From a virus, in the IMG/VR virus record IMGVR_UViG_3300031951_000126, positions 2,430 through 66,429 of that record: DNA of 64,000 bases; one strand, written 5' to 3'. Below, one piece after another: positions 29,110 to 38,858 of this stretch. Within the stretch, counting starts at the first letter, position 1. Every line of letters starts with the position of its first letter. The notes beneath the pieces were generated by a model. The model had not been told where the DNA came from. It saw nothing but the letters and a program-made list of their open reading frames with translations, and made no database searches. The translations under genes were made by a program, and so were the position numbers.

Positions 29110-29544
29110 ATGGATACCAAAATATCCTATAGCGCTATTTGTGCGGCTTTTGAAGGGGATGAGGATATAGTTAGTTATTGCGACCCAAGCAATGTCAATC
29201 CAACACCAAAGGGTGTGATTGAAGATGTTTTTGAAAAATTAGTTCAATACGAAACTTTGGTTGATGGGGTATTCAGAACCATTCTGTTTGACGACAAAGA
29301 GATTGGTTTTATTTACTACTTTGATGATGTTCTTGTTAGCTTTGGTATAAACAAAGGGTACAGAACTAAAGAGTTTTTGACTGGGTTTTTTGAAGATGTA
29401 AAAAAATGGTTGGGGAATGATTTTGTAACCTATATGTGGGAAAGAAACGAAAGAGCCGTAAGATGGTTTGAAAAGTGCGGTATGGAAAGAGAAGATGTGG
29501 ATTTAGATAAAATTGTTAAGTTAAGATATAAGTCATGCCAATAA
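29110..29544 (+). CDS. GNAT acetyltransferase-like protein
   Basis: FGINKGYR and NERAVRWFEKCGM motifs; precedes the ejection proteins. Confidence 0.7.
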   Translation: MDTKISYSAICAAFEGDEDIVSYCDPSNVNPTPKGVIEDVFEKLVQYETLVDGVFRTILFDDKEIGFIYYFDDVLVSFGINKGYRTKEFLTGFFEDVKKWLGNDFVTYMWERNERAVRWFEKCGMEREDVDLDKIVKLRYKSCQ

Positions 29545-30335
29545 CAGCAGCAGTAATAGCCACCGCAGCCATAGCCGCCGGAAAAGGTGTACAAAGCGGT
29601 GTACGCGCTCGTCGGGCTAAAAAGGAGATTGAGTCTCTTCAAAAGGATTTGAAGGAGCCTACTTACGAACTACCCCAGGAGCTTGTTGACGCTTATAACA
29701 GACAGCTCGGTCAAAGGACTGATATGCCGGGTAGGGCCTTGGCTCAGTATGGTTTAGATTTGTCTTACAGTAACGCTCTGGGTAATGCTAGTCGTGCCGC
29801 AACAAGCTCTCAAGATCTTTTATCAGTAGCTACTGGGCTTGGCGAACAAAAAATGATGGGTGGTTTGCAACTTGCTGAAACAGCCGCTCAATATCAAGGT
29901 CAAGCGGAACAGAGAAAAATGCAAGGGATACAACAAGCAGCTGCTCAACTGGCTCCTTATAGAGATACCATGTATGAACAGAATGAATTGAATCCTTTTT
30001 TGAGAACGTCAGCAGCGATTTCTGCCCTTCGCGAGAAGAGGTATCAAGAATCTAACAATATGTTTGATGCATTTGGAAATGTTGCTGGAACTTTGATTGG
30101 TGGTTTTGGTGGCGGAGGCGGAGGAGGAGGGATGACCGGTGCAATGCCAGGTGTTCAAGCTAATGCCGCTGCAAATGCTATAACAAATGCCACTTCTATG
30201 CAGGCAAGTCAGTTCGGTAATTACGGCAATCCAGCCGGCGGTTCTGGAATGGGAGCTAATTGGCAAGGTCAAATAGGGGGATCGTTTGGAGGTGGATACT
30301 ATGATCCTAATTTACAAACGTGGATTCCAGGATAA
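29535..30335 (+). CDS. internal virion (ejection/cargo) protein
   Basis: A/G-rich N-terminus, Q-rich coiled coil, G-rich tail. Confidence 0.65.
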   Translation: MPITAAVIATAAIAAGKGVQSGVRARRAKKEIESLQKDLKEPTYELPQELVDAYNRQLGQRTDMPGRALAQYGLDLSYSNALGNASRAATSSQDLLSVATGLGEQKMMGGLQLAETAAQYQGQAEQRKMQGIQQAAAQLAPYRDTMYEQNELNPFLRTSAAISALREKRYQESNNMFDAFGNVAGTLIGGFGGGGGGGGMTGAMPGVQANAAANAITNATSMQASQFGNYGNPAGGSGMGANWQGQIGGSFGGGYYDPNLQTWIPG

Positions 30336-30348
30336 AAAATAAATTAAA

Positions 30349-31593
30349 ATGGGAGTACCAAGTGCGGCAATAGTTTATACAGGAGAATCTGGCAATATGC
30401 CGGGTTCAGGAAGGGGTGCGGCCTATGCTGAGGATGTAAGCTCTACACTAGAGAATACAAATCAATGGCTAAAGGATATTCGTGAAAACGAAAAACTGAA
30501 AAAGAAAGAGGCTCAACAAAAGGCCAACGCATGGAATTCCATGCTTGAGGAAAATCCTGATGTATGGAATATTGACTTTGAGAAGGTTAGAGAAAAAGCC
30601 GAGGTTTATAACAATTATGTTATTGGTCTAAAGGAGCAGGGATACGACCCGTACAACCTTCCTCCAAGCGAGATGAAGGAACTCAATAAGCTACAATCAG
30701 AACTTGTCCGAGAAACTAACGCAGCTAAGGCCAATAAGGAATGGTGGGACAAGAACACATTCAACATCAATGAAGATGCTGGTAAAACTTGGGATCAGGG
30801 CCATGCTACAGAATGGTTTAAGCAATATGCAGATCCTAATTTAAGCCCGGTTGAAAGGGCTAAAATGCGTCAGGAAGGTAATCCATATCTTAAAAATGTA
30901 GACCTTGTAGATATCGTTTCTGATCTTACCAATAAAATGGAAGAGCAAAAACTGACTCAGGGTGGGTACGATATAACTCAAAAAACTGAGGAAGACTTTA
31001 AGAACCTGGTTTCTATTTATTTTGCCGACCAAGCGGGTATGGATGACTACGAGGCGCTTATGGGAAGTGGTAAATACAAAACCGAAGACGACCTTATTAA
31101 TGAGGCCGTTTCTATATTTAATAGTCTTTATCAGCCAAGTAAAGTAAAGAGAGGTGGAAGTGGCGGTGGAGGTAGCGGTAGCGGCGGAACCAAAAAAGAA
31201 CCAGATGTTTTGATTACTGGTCAAAGCAAAGAAACTGATCCAAAATGGGATCAGTCTTATAGCGTTAACAAGATAGCCCTTGGTAAAACAAAGCCTGTTT
31301 ACGTATACGATGTTAACGGAAATCCTGTAATGAATTTCGTTCCGGCTGACGGTTTTTATCTGAAGCCTGGAGGAGCTGTGGCGGCTGTGGGTTACGGAAC
31401 TATTGAAGAGGTTCAATTAGATGGAACCAAACTCGCTAAGCAAATTCAAGTAGAAATCGATTACAATAAAAACAAAGGTAACTTTGATGCTCAAGGATAT
31501 CCCAATATCTTTGACGAGTTTAGAACCAGGACATCAAGTACTAGTTCTGCTACCGGAAAAACATTTACAGGCGTACCACAAGGAGGATTCTAA
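30349..31593 (+). CDS. internal virion (cargo) protein
   Basis: Helical protein with G/S linker; synteny. Confidence 0.6.
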   Translation: MGVPSAAIVYTGESGNMPGSGRGAAYAEDVSSTLENTNQWLKDIRENEKLKKKEAQQKANAWNSMLEENPDVWNIDFEKVREKAEVYNNYVIGLKEQGYDPYNLPPSEMKELNKLQSELVRETNAAKANKEWWDKNTFNINEDAGKTWDQGHATEWFKQYADPNLSPVERAKMRQEGNPYLKNVDLVDIVSDLTNKMEEQKLTQGGYDITQKTEEDFKNLVSIYFADQAGMDDYEALMGSGKYKTEDDLINEAVSIFNSLYQPSKVKRGGSGGGGSGSGGTKKEPDVLITGQSKETDPKWDQSYSVNKIALGKTKPVYVYDVNGNPVMNFVPADGFYLKPGGAVAAVGYGTIEEVQLDGTKLAKQIQVEIDYNKNKGNFDAQGYPNIFDEFRTRTSSTSSATGKTFTGVPQGGF

Positions 31594-34500
31594 TGGAAAT
31601 CAACCCTATATACAAATTCATGAAGGACAATGGTCTCACCCAAAAGGATGAGGCCACTTTTGTATCTGAATATTCTAACCCACAAAAGTCAGCTGAACTT
31701 CATAAGTTTATGACTGACAATGGTTTAACCACAAAGGGTGCGGATGATTTCTATAGCGAGTATTTCGCTGGTTCAAAAAAAAAAGAACCTACTACAACAG
31801 GTTCAGAGCAGCCTGGCAAGCCTTCTGCGCCGAGTTTTGGGCAGAAGCTAACTGAGAAGATAACCAAGTCTGCAATAGAGGTTCCATACAGGGCTGAAGA
31901 AAAACCTGTTAAAGAAAAGCAGCAGACTAAACCTCAGTCAAAATACTTTGAGGTTGATGTAGCTGAAAAGGCTGATGCTACCAAGGTTCCTGTAATTGAA
32001 AGTCCTGTTGAGATAGCGAAAAAAGAGGCAGCGGCAAAAGGTGTAAAAAGATTAGAAACCAAAGCCGCAGACGATCAGTTTAATCGAAATGTCCTTGAAA
32101 AAGAAGTATTTCAAATGCCGACTCGCGGTGAGTCTGAAGAGTACGCCTCTGATATAACTAAGGACTACCTTCAATACGTCAAGTCAGTTGACCCAAACAA
32201 GGGTGAGTATTACGAGTCTAAATACAACCAGTTAAAATCAAAAAGCAAGAAAGATAGAATCTCAGAGGATGAAAGTTTTTTGAGACAAATTGAGCTTGAG
32301 GCGATAGACAAGGCTTACGATTCTAACTACTCTAGGTTGGATTTGCTTGCTCGCAATATTGATGAACTTGAAAAGATGGCCGTTACTCCATCGGACAAGA
32401 GCCGGTTGAATTATATGTACGGTGAGTACGCTGATATCAAAAATAACATAAGGGGTATCGCTGCTACGTATAGTCAAAACGCGCTACAGTACGGCAAAAT
32501 AGCAGGAGAGGAATCGCAAATTGAAGAAGGCAAGAGGAAAAGGTTTGAGGCGATACAGGCAGGAGACGGTAAGACGGTCGAGTTCTTTAAAAAACTCGGA
32601 GACGCTAGTGTAGACCTAGCGTTGAGTCCGTATAAAGTAGCCAAAGTTTTTGGTGATCTTACTGGCGATACAGACTATGATGTTTTTGACAAGATGTACG
32701 ATAGCGTCATGGGGGCTGAAAGAACCTTAGAGGAAGATTTTGGCGCACCATTACCTGCGGGGAAGAGGATGTCTGACCTACCATTTTCCGCTCGTTTAGC
32801 TGTTATTGGTGGTAACGCAATAGGTTCTGCTGGAGTGCTTGCACTTGGAGGAGCTGCTGGTGGAGCGACAAAAATAGGCAGACTTGCATCGCAATTTGGA
32901 ACAGGATTTTTAACCGCAGAAGGTAACTATTACCAAGAGGCATTAGACGCTGGTATGTCTCCTGAAGACGCGGCTTGGGCTGGAACTTATTTAGCAGCTC
33001 AACAGTCGGCATTAGAGTTGATGATTCCTGATTTTAAGTATCTTGAAGCGGGAGCTGCTAGAGCTAGTATTTGGCAAGGCTTCAAGTCTGGAATAGGGAA
33101 GGGTTTACCAGCTAAAGAAGCCCTGAAAACATCTGTACAAGGCATATTAAGGGCGGCTCCTGGGTCAATTGGATCATACGGTAAGGTTGGTACAAAAGAA
33201 GCGGGAGAAGAAGTTATTAGTCAAAGCGCAGAAGACATTACTAAGGAAGCAATCAACCTAATAGGTGAACGCGAATATTTCAACGATACATTTAATCCGG
33301 AGGCTTACACTGACGCCATTCTTGGTGGATTTATAGCTGGTCCTGGTATGTCAGCCGTATTTTCTCGTCCAACTCAAAAGAGTCCAGTTCAGGCGGAGGT
33401 CATGCGGGAAATCGTTGAGAGACGTCCTCACGAAAAAATGAAAGGTACTGCTTCTGATAAAATAAACAAAGTAGACCTAAGCAACATAGAAGAGGCTGTT
33501 GTGATTTATGAGTCTATGAGTTCTCATAGTGCTTGGAATCAAATGGGACGTGAGGAACAGAACCAAGCTCTTGCCTTGGCCCAACAGATTGAGGTGATGA
33601 AGAAGGAGCAGGAGCGTATGAAAGAACTGCGTATTCCTGATGAAAGAAAAGATGCCGAGATTAAGAGACTTGAGGATGAGGTGAACGAGATGTTCTCCAT
33701 TCAAATGGAGCAGGATAAGCAGAAGGCCAAGGACGCAAAGCTCAAGGCCATCGAAGACGAGTTCAACAAGTCTATGGAGGGTGAAGAGTTCCCGGTGCAA
33801 GAGGACGAGCGCGACCAGGAGATCGTAGAACTTCAAAAGCAGCGCGAGGAAAAGGGTGTAAGCGAACTCGATACATTCCTCGGTGACATGAAGCCAATGG
33901 TTCCATTCGCGGTGGAAAGAACAGAACAAGGATTGCCTGTGGCTCAGTCTGTAAAGCAGGCTGCGTCAAACTATCTATATAAGAAGTACAAGGAGTTGAC
34001 CGACATGAAGTCCGATCCAAACCGGATGATGACTCGTCAGCAAATTGCAAGCGTTCAAAAACAATTAGAGCAGGACATTCGTACACTCGAAGGAACTGCC
34101 GAAACAAAAACAGAAGCACGTGATCAAGAAAACATCCAAGGGATACCAAGTCAAGTCCGAGAAGGGCAAGAACCTGTCGCAGCCCAACCTGTCGAAGTCC
34201 CAAGCGCAGAAGCGGTTGAAACAGGTGGAGTTCTTCAAGCACAAGAAGAAGTAACTCCCGAAGTCACAGCCGAACCAACCGTCAAGCCTAGCCGCCGTGA
34301 GCGTCTGGCAAAGATGTTTGAAACATCCGACGGAGAGATTGCCGCTGAGAAGGTGGCTAGTTTCCTTGGAGAGGCAAACATCGGAGTTGAGGTTCTCGAT
34401 CCTAAATCATTTGAAGAAAAGGGTAAGCAACGTAACTTCGAGGGTGGTGCTGACGGTATATTCTTAGTAGATAATAACACTGGTAAGATTTACCTCAACA

Positions 34501-37500
34501 AGGAGAGAATCAAGGGCGCGGAAGGTAAGACGATCGCATTCCACGAGGGTATCCACCCAGTGGTAAACATCATTCGCAATACCAACCCGAAACTATACAG
34601 CGCCATTGTTGATGGTCTGAAAGCAGAGGCTGTTAAGAACGCTGGAGTGGCTGAGGCTGCTGAGGCTGTCGCTTCTTCTGAATACTACCAAGAGCAAGGT
34701 CCTTCAGCAATCGAAGACGAAACCGTAGTAGAAACTATGGCTCGTGTAGCTGCCGGGGATATTGACATCGATACATTCGAGCCGAGCTTCCGTGAGAAGT
34801 TCATCGAGTTCATGAACAAGCTGGCCAAGATGCTTGGACTGAAGGCTATTGCGGTAAACTCTCCACGAATGGAAGTGAAGCGTTTGGCTGATCAGTTGTC
34901 AAAGGCACTGAATGAAGGCGGCAAGCTGAGTGATATTGTTGGGAAGGAGAATGTGGGTAAGTTCCAGGATAAAGTTGGCGCTCAAAAAAGAGCAGTTAGC
35001 ATCGCTAAAGGCAAGGAAAGCCTTGTTAAGTATGGACTGAAAAAAGGTGTCAATACCACTAGAAAGATTGGAGAGGCCCTTGAGAAAAGATCAAGAGAGT
35101 TGTATGGGATTATATCCAGAGAGGACAGATCTGAAAAGGCTTTAAAGGCGATATCATCTTTCATGGCTGATGAGGTTAGATTTTTTGTGGAAGAGTTTGG
35201 TGAAAACAGCGGTAAGGGTTGGTATGGTGAAAAGTTCCAAAAAGGACTTGATGCGATGGCTGCGGTTTTCCCAGAAATGAAAGATGATCAAAATGCAAGA
35301 GATCTCTTTACGATGTTGGTTGCTATAACTTCAGATGGAACTGAGGTTATGCAAAACTTCCAGCAAGCTAGTTTGGCGTACAAGAATTACAAGGAAACAG
35401 GCAAGATGCCTACAGCAGCAAAGGCTCAACGTGCGGAATCTTACCTAGTTAACTTTAACAACATCCAGACACTGCTTGATAAATACAATGGCGATATTCA
35501 AGCTATTAAAAAAGAATTGTTGACCATAGGGTCGATATCTGAATTAAATCAACAAAGAAAAGCCCAGGGTCTTGAGAAACTTGACACGAAGTGGCCAGCT
35601 TCTTTCAAGGTTCCTTTGGCAGCTTCTATTTTTGGCCCTAAACTCGGGATGTTCTACGCCAACCTAAGCGGCATGGAACAGTATCCAACCCTTGACAGAT
35701 GGTGGTCTCGAACATTCAATAGATATCGAGGCACTCTTATTCCTCAAATAACCAGAGGTTACAACAAAAAAGGAGAAGCGTTAGGTATAGATAGATATCG
35801 CGAAATTGCTGGATTAAAAGATGCTTCAGAAGAAGAGGTGTTAGCCAGGATCGTTCAAGATCACGATACTTATGAAGATAAGGGATACAAGAAAGGTACT
35901 CCAGCTGAAAAAGCTGCTAATACTCTTTACAAGAAATTATATGTAGAATTGAACGATGCTCCTTTTGGAGCTAAAGATCGTCAATTCATGTATGACGCAT
36001 TTATTGAAACGCAAAAGAAATTAAAGCGATCTGGAATAAATGTTACCATAGCTGATATCCAGGCTATATTGTGGTATTTCGAGAAAAACCTATACAAAAA
36101 ACTTGGGGTTACCAAGCCAATCCAGGGTATAAGTTATGAGGATGCTGCAAACAAAACATACGAAAAGTGGAAAAACTCAGGCAACTCATTTAATTACACG
36201 ATCAAAGATTCTGAGCAAGGTGAAACTATAGATGAGGTAGATATAGATGAAGAAACTGCTCCAACAGTTCAGCCGTCCAAGGGCATCAAGCGCGGAAGCA
36301 ATCTTGTAAAGGATACCTACTACGAATCAGGTCTGACAGAAGACAAGAACGATTACGTATTCTTCCACGTCTCGTCAGCCCCGGAAGCATCGATCAGAAA
36401 GGGCATCGACAGCACGAAGTACACCTCACTTAGAACTGCAAGGGAAGAGAAAGGTCTTCAGTATGGAGTTGCTTCCTACTACACTCGTCCAGAGGATGGA
36501 GAGAGAATGGTAGGTGGAGAGAAGTATGCCGTGCGTGTTCCTAAGGCCAAGGTTTATCCGATCGACTCCGATCCACTTGGATACGGCGAGAAGGCGGAGG
36601 CTAAAATTCCACAAGGCACTCCATTCCGTGGTGAGGCTGTGAAGCGTGAAATCGCAGACATGGCCAAGAAGAACGGCTATGAGATGATCGTCGGAGAGTG
36701 GTCCTACAGCAGAACAGGCAAGCCAGCTGGTGAACTCCCAGAGTTTCGTGCAGATGCCCTAGTTCCACTCAAGCCAACTAAAGAGAAGCCGGATTCATTT
36801 ACATCCAACGCCGAGAAGGGCATGGAGCGTATTCCATTCCCAAGCCAGCAGAGCGAACAGGCCAAGCAAGAGCTTGAGTCTATTGCCTCCGAGGTGCGTG
36901 ATATCATGTCTTCTAAGAAGAAGTTCTCAAGCAAGGAATACCAGCTTGCGGATAGCGTATACATGAACGGTCAGGTTACCGAGAACAAGGACGAGGATAA
37001 CGAATTCAAGCGCGACATTACTCCTGAGGAGTACGATACGATGACCAAGGTTCTTCCTAAGTCAATGCAGGCAGATGCTGCTCGTGTTCGCGGATTGTTG
37101 TTCGGTAAAAAAGGTCAGGCTTCTATTGGCATTCCTCGTAGTGTGAAACAGTTCTCTGATAATGTATCAGAAACCGTTGACCGCATCAAGACCGCTACAA
37201 GCGAGGATGGCGCAACACTGAACCTCGACGGTAGTACATATGAGGACGGAGGTCTTGTGGTTCCCGCTGGTTCAATTAACGTGGCTCAGGATGACGTTAG
37301 CGCAGAGGGATTGTTTGAGTTCTTGAAGGATAACGAGGGGAATATTTCCAGCGATATCTTCAAGATTGGTTTGTACAGGTTCCCGGATCGTCCGGAAGTT
37401 TCATACGACTTGAACATCGTAATCCCAAGGGAGTACCGCGATGTGGCATTGAAGTTTGGCGAACTCGCTGGTCAGGAATCGCTTTTCGATCTTGATACGT

Positions 37501-38360
37501 TTGAGAACATCAAAACCGGCTCGGACGGTAAGAACCCGCGCAAATTCACGGCTCAAGAGCTTGCTGAGATTGCTAAGGACTTGTCTGAGGGTAGATTGCC
37601 AAAGATTGTTTCACAAGAAGAGATTGATAGGAAGTGGGGAGAGAAAAAAATGATCGCTTTAACTAAGCGAGAGGATTTTGGAACAAAGAATGACAGAGAA
37701 ATTGCTTCATATGCTTCTAAATATCTGAATAAATTCGGACCATATACCAAGGCCAATGTTATTCAGATTATGAATATGTCTTCTGAAGAGAAAATCAAAC
37801 TCATCAACGACACATTCAATGCTAGGGTCAAGAAAATGACAGGCACTAAAGAGCCTGGAAATTATTTTTATGATGAAGCAGTTAAGGCTAGGGATCAAGT
37901 ATTAGATCTAGTTGCATCTGAAAATACAAAAAGAGGCCAACCATCAATGGTCAAGCGTACCTCAGCCGAGGTTCAGCAATTGATGGGAGACTCAATGGAC
38001 GCTGTTGACCAGGATATTGCTGACGGAGTTGATGCTCAGACAGCTGTAGAAGACAACATAACCAGCCAGGATTGGTACGGTGAGTTGACTCCAAAGCAGA
38101 AGCAGCAGTTCGATGAAATTATCAAGGATGAGTTCGGCGTAACACCAAAGGCTCCGGTGGCAAAGCCTACTGGAATCAAGGCTACGATTGCAAACATCAT
38201 CGACAATTACTACAAGGGAGACAGACAATCTAAGCTGGATAACAAGCAGATTTTGGAGTCTGACCCTAAGTTGAAGTATATTTACGACAATATTTCAAGT
38301 ATTAACAAACAACTGCAATCCGCAGGTGTGATAACAGATAAAACCGACGGTTGCCCGTAA
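31593..38360 (+). CDS. large polyvalent ejection protein (2255 aa)
   Basis: G/A-rich membrane-like region, zincin HEGIH, HhH-glycosylase-like, ART-like and a SAM-lyase-like domain. Confidence 0.75.
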   Translation: MEINPIYKFMKDNGLTQKDEATFVSEYSNPQKSAELHKFMTDNGLTTKGADDFYSEYFAGSKKKEPTTTGSEQPGKPSAPSFGQKLTEKITKSAIEVPYRAEEKPVKEKQQTKPQSKYFEVDVAEKADATKVPVIESPVEIAKKEAAAKGVKRLETKAADDQFNRNVLEKEVFQMPTRGESEEYASDITKDYLQYVKSVDPNKGEYYESKYNQLKSKSKKDRISEDESFLRQIELEAIDKAYDSNYSRLDLLARNIDELEKMAVTPSDKSRLNYMYGEYADIKNNIRGIAATYSQNALQYGKIAGEESQIEEGKRKRFEAIQAGDGKTVEFFKKLGDASVDLALSPYKVAKVFGDLTGDTDYDVFDKMYDSVMGAERTLEEDFGAPLPAGKRMSDLPFSARLAVIGGNAIGSAGVLALGGAAGGATKIGRLASQFGTGFLTAEGNYYQEALDAGMSPEDAAWAGTYLAAQQSALELMIPDFKYLEAGAARASIWQGFKSGIGKGLPAKEALKTSVQGILRAAPGSIGSYGKVGTKEAGEEVISQSAEDITKEAINLIGEREYFNDTFNPEAYTDAILGGFIAGPGMSAVFSRPTQKSPVQAEVMREIVERRPHEKMKGTASDKINKVDLSNIEEAVVIYESMSSHSAWNQMGREEQNQALALAQQIEVMKKEQERMKELRIPDERKDAEIKRLEDEVNEMFSIQMEQDKQKAKDAKLKAIEDEFNKSMEGEEFPVQEDERDQEIVELQKQREEKGVSELDTFLGDMKPMVPFAVERTEQGLPVAQSVKQAASNYLYKKYKELTDMKSDPNRMMTRQQIASVQKQLEQDIRTLEGTAETKTEARDQENIQGIPSQVREGQEPVAAQPVEVPSAEAVETGGVLQAQEEVTPEVTAEPTVKPSRRERLAKMFETSDGEIAAEKVASFLGEANIGVEVLDPKSFEEKGKQRNFEGGADGIFLVDNNTGKIYLNKERIKGAEGKTIAFHEGIHPVVNIIRNTNPKLYSAIVDGLKAEAVKNAGVAEAAEAVASSEYYQEQGPSAIEDETVVETMARVAAGDIDIDTFEPSFREKFIEFMNKLAKMLGLKAIAVNSPRMEVKRLADQLSKALNEGGKLSDIVGKENVGKFQDKVGAQKRAVSIAKGKESLVKYGLKKGVNTTRKIGEALEKRSRELYGIISREDRSEKALKAISSFMADEVRFFVEEFGENSGKGWYGEKFQKGLDAMAAVFPEMKDDQNARDLFTMLVAITSDGTEVMQNFQQASLAYKNYKETGKMPTAAKAQRAESYLVNFNNIQTLLDKYNGDIQAIKKELLTIGSISELNQQRKAQGLEKLDTKWPASFKVPLAASIFGPKLGMFYANLSGMEQYPTLDRWWSRTFNRYRGTLIPQITRGYNKKGEALGIDRYREIAGLKDASEEEVLARIVQDHDTYEDKGYKKGTPAEKAANTLYKKLYVELNDAPFGAKDRQFMYDAFIETQKKLKRSGINVTIADIQAILWYFEKNLYKKLGVTKPIQGISYEDAANKTYEKWKNSGNSFNYTIKDSEQGETIDEVDIDEETAPTVQPSKGIKRGSNLVKDTYYESGLTEDKNDYVFFHVSSAPEASIRKGIDSTKYTSLRTAREEKGLQYGVASYYTRPEDGERMVGGEKYAVRVPKAKVYPIDSDPLGYGEKAEAKIPQGTPFRGEAVKREIADMAKKNGYEMIVGEWSYSRTGKPAGELPEFRADALVPLKPTKEKPDSFTSNAEKGMERIPFPSQQSEQAKQELESIASEVRDIMSSKKKFSSKEYQLADSVYMNGQVTENKDEDNEFKRDITPEEYDTMTKVLPKSMQADAARVRGLLFGKKGQASIGIPRSVKQFSDNVSETVDRIKTATSEDGATLNLDGSTYEDGGLVVPAGSINVAQDDVSAEGLFEFLKDNEGNISSDIFKIGLYRFPDRPEVSYDLNIVIPREYRDVALKFGELAGQESLFDLDTFENIKTGSDGKNPRKFTAQELAEIAKDLSEGRLPKIVSQEEIDRKWGEKKMIALTKREDFGTKNDREIASYASKYLNKFGPYTKANVIQIMNMSSEEKIKLINDTFNARVKKMTGTKEPGNYFYDEAVKARDQVLDLVASENTKRGQPSMVKRTSAEVQQLMGDSMDAVDQDIADGVDAQTAVEDNITSQDWYGELTPKQKQQFDEIIKDEFGVTPKAPVAKPTGIKATIANIIDNYYKGDRQSKLDNKQILESDPKLKYIYDNISSINKQLQSAGVITDKTDGCP

Positions 38361-38366
38361 TAAAAC

Positions 38367-38858
38367 ATGAAACCTCATAGCTTAGACAAAGGTGTAGTAG
38401 ACCTATTAGCGCCACGTCATCTTGACGAGATGGACGCATTTTATTTCTATCGTGCCGCCAGCAACTGGTGTCAGGGTGTTGGATACTTCAAGGCTGCTGA
38501 ATTCTTCGCTGCCGAGTCTCAAGACGAACTCGAACACGCTGGCAAGATTGAGAAGTACTTGGTAGACTGGAACATCACAGTTTCGCTCCCAAGCGTAGCC
38601 AAGCCACAGGTAGAGTTCTCTGGACTTTTGGAAATTCTGGAAGAGGCTTACAAGATCGAGTACGATCTATACGAAGCATACGAAGAAACATCAAAGAAAC
38701 TTTTCAACATGGACCTTTGCACGTTTGACTTCTTGCAGCAGTTCCGTCTTATCCAGACCAAGTCTGTGGCGGAATACAGCGACAAGCTGAACCTGCTTGA
38801 AGACGTAGATGGCAAGGATAAATTCAAGTTGTTACTTCTCGAAGAAAAACTGTTCTAA
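38367..38858 (+). CDS. ftnA: ferritin (non-haem, FtnA-like)
   Basis: EMDAFYFYRAASNWC...FF..ESQDELEHA.KI..YL; E..E and Q...E ferroxidase residues. Confidence 0.9.
   Translation: MKPHSLDKGVVDLLAPRHLDEMDAFYFYRAASNWCQGVGYFKAAEFFAAESQDELEHAGKIEKYLVDWNITVSLPSVAKPQVEFSGLLEILEEAYKIEYDLYEAYEETSKKLFNMDLCTFDFLQQFRLIQTKSVAEYSDKLNLLEDVDGKDKFKLLLLEEKLF

Noticed and set aside
34755-34775. GDIDID resembling the RNA polymerase DxDxD motif of crAss virion RNAP
   Set aside because: It lies in the helical tail of the zincin domain with no double-psi-barrel context; probably coincidental.
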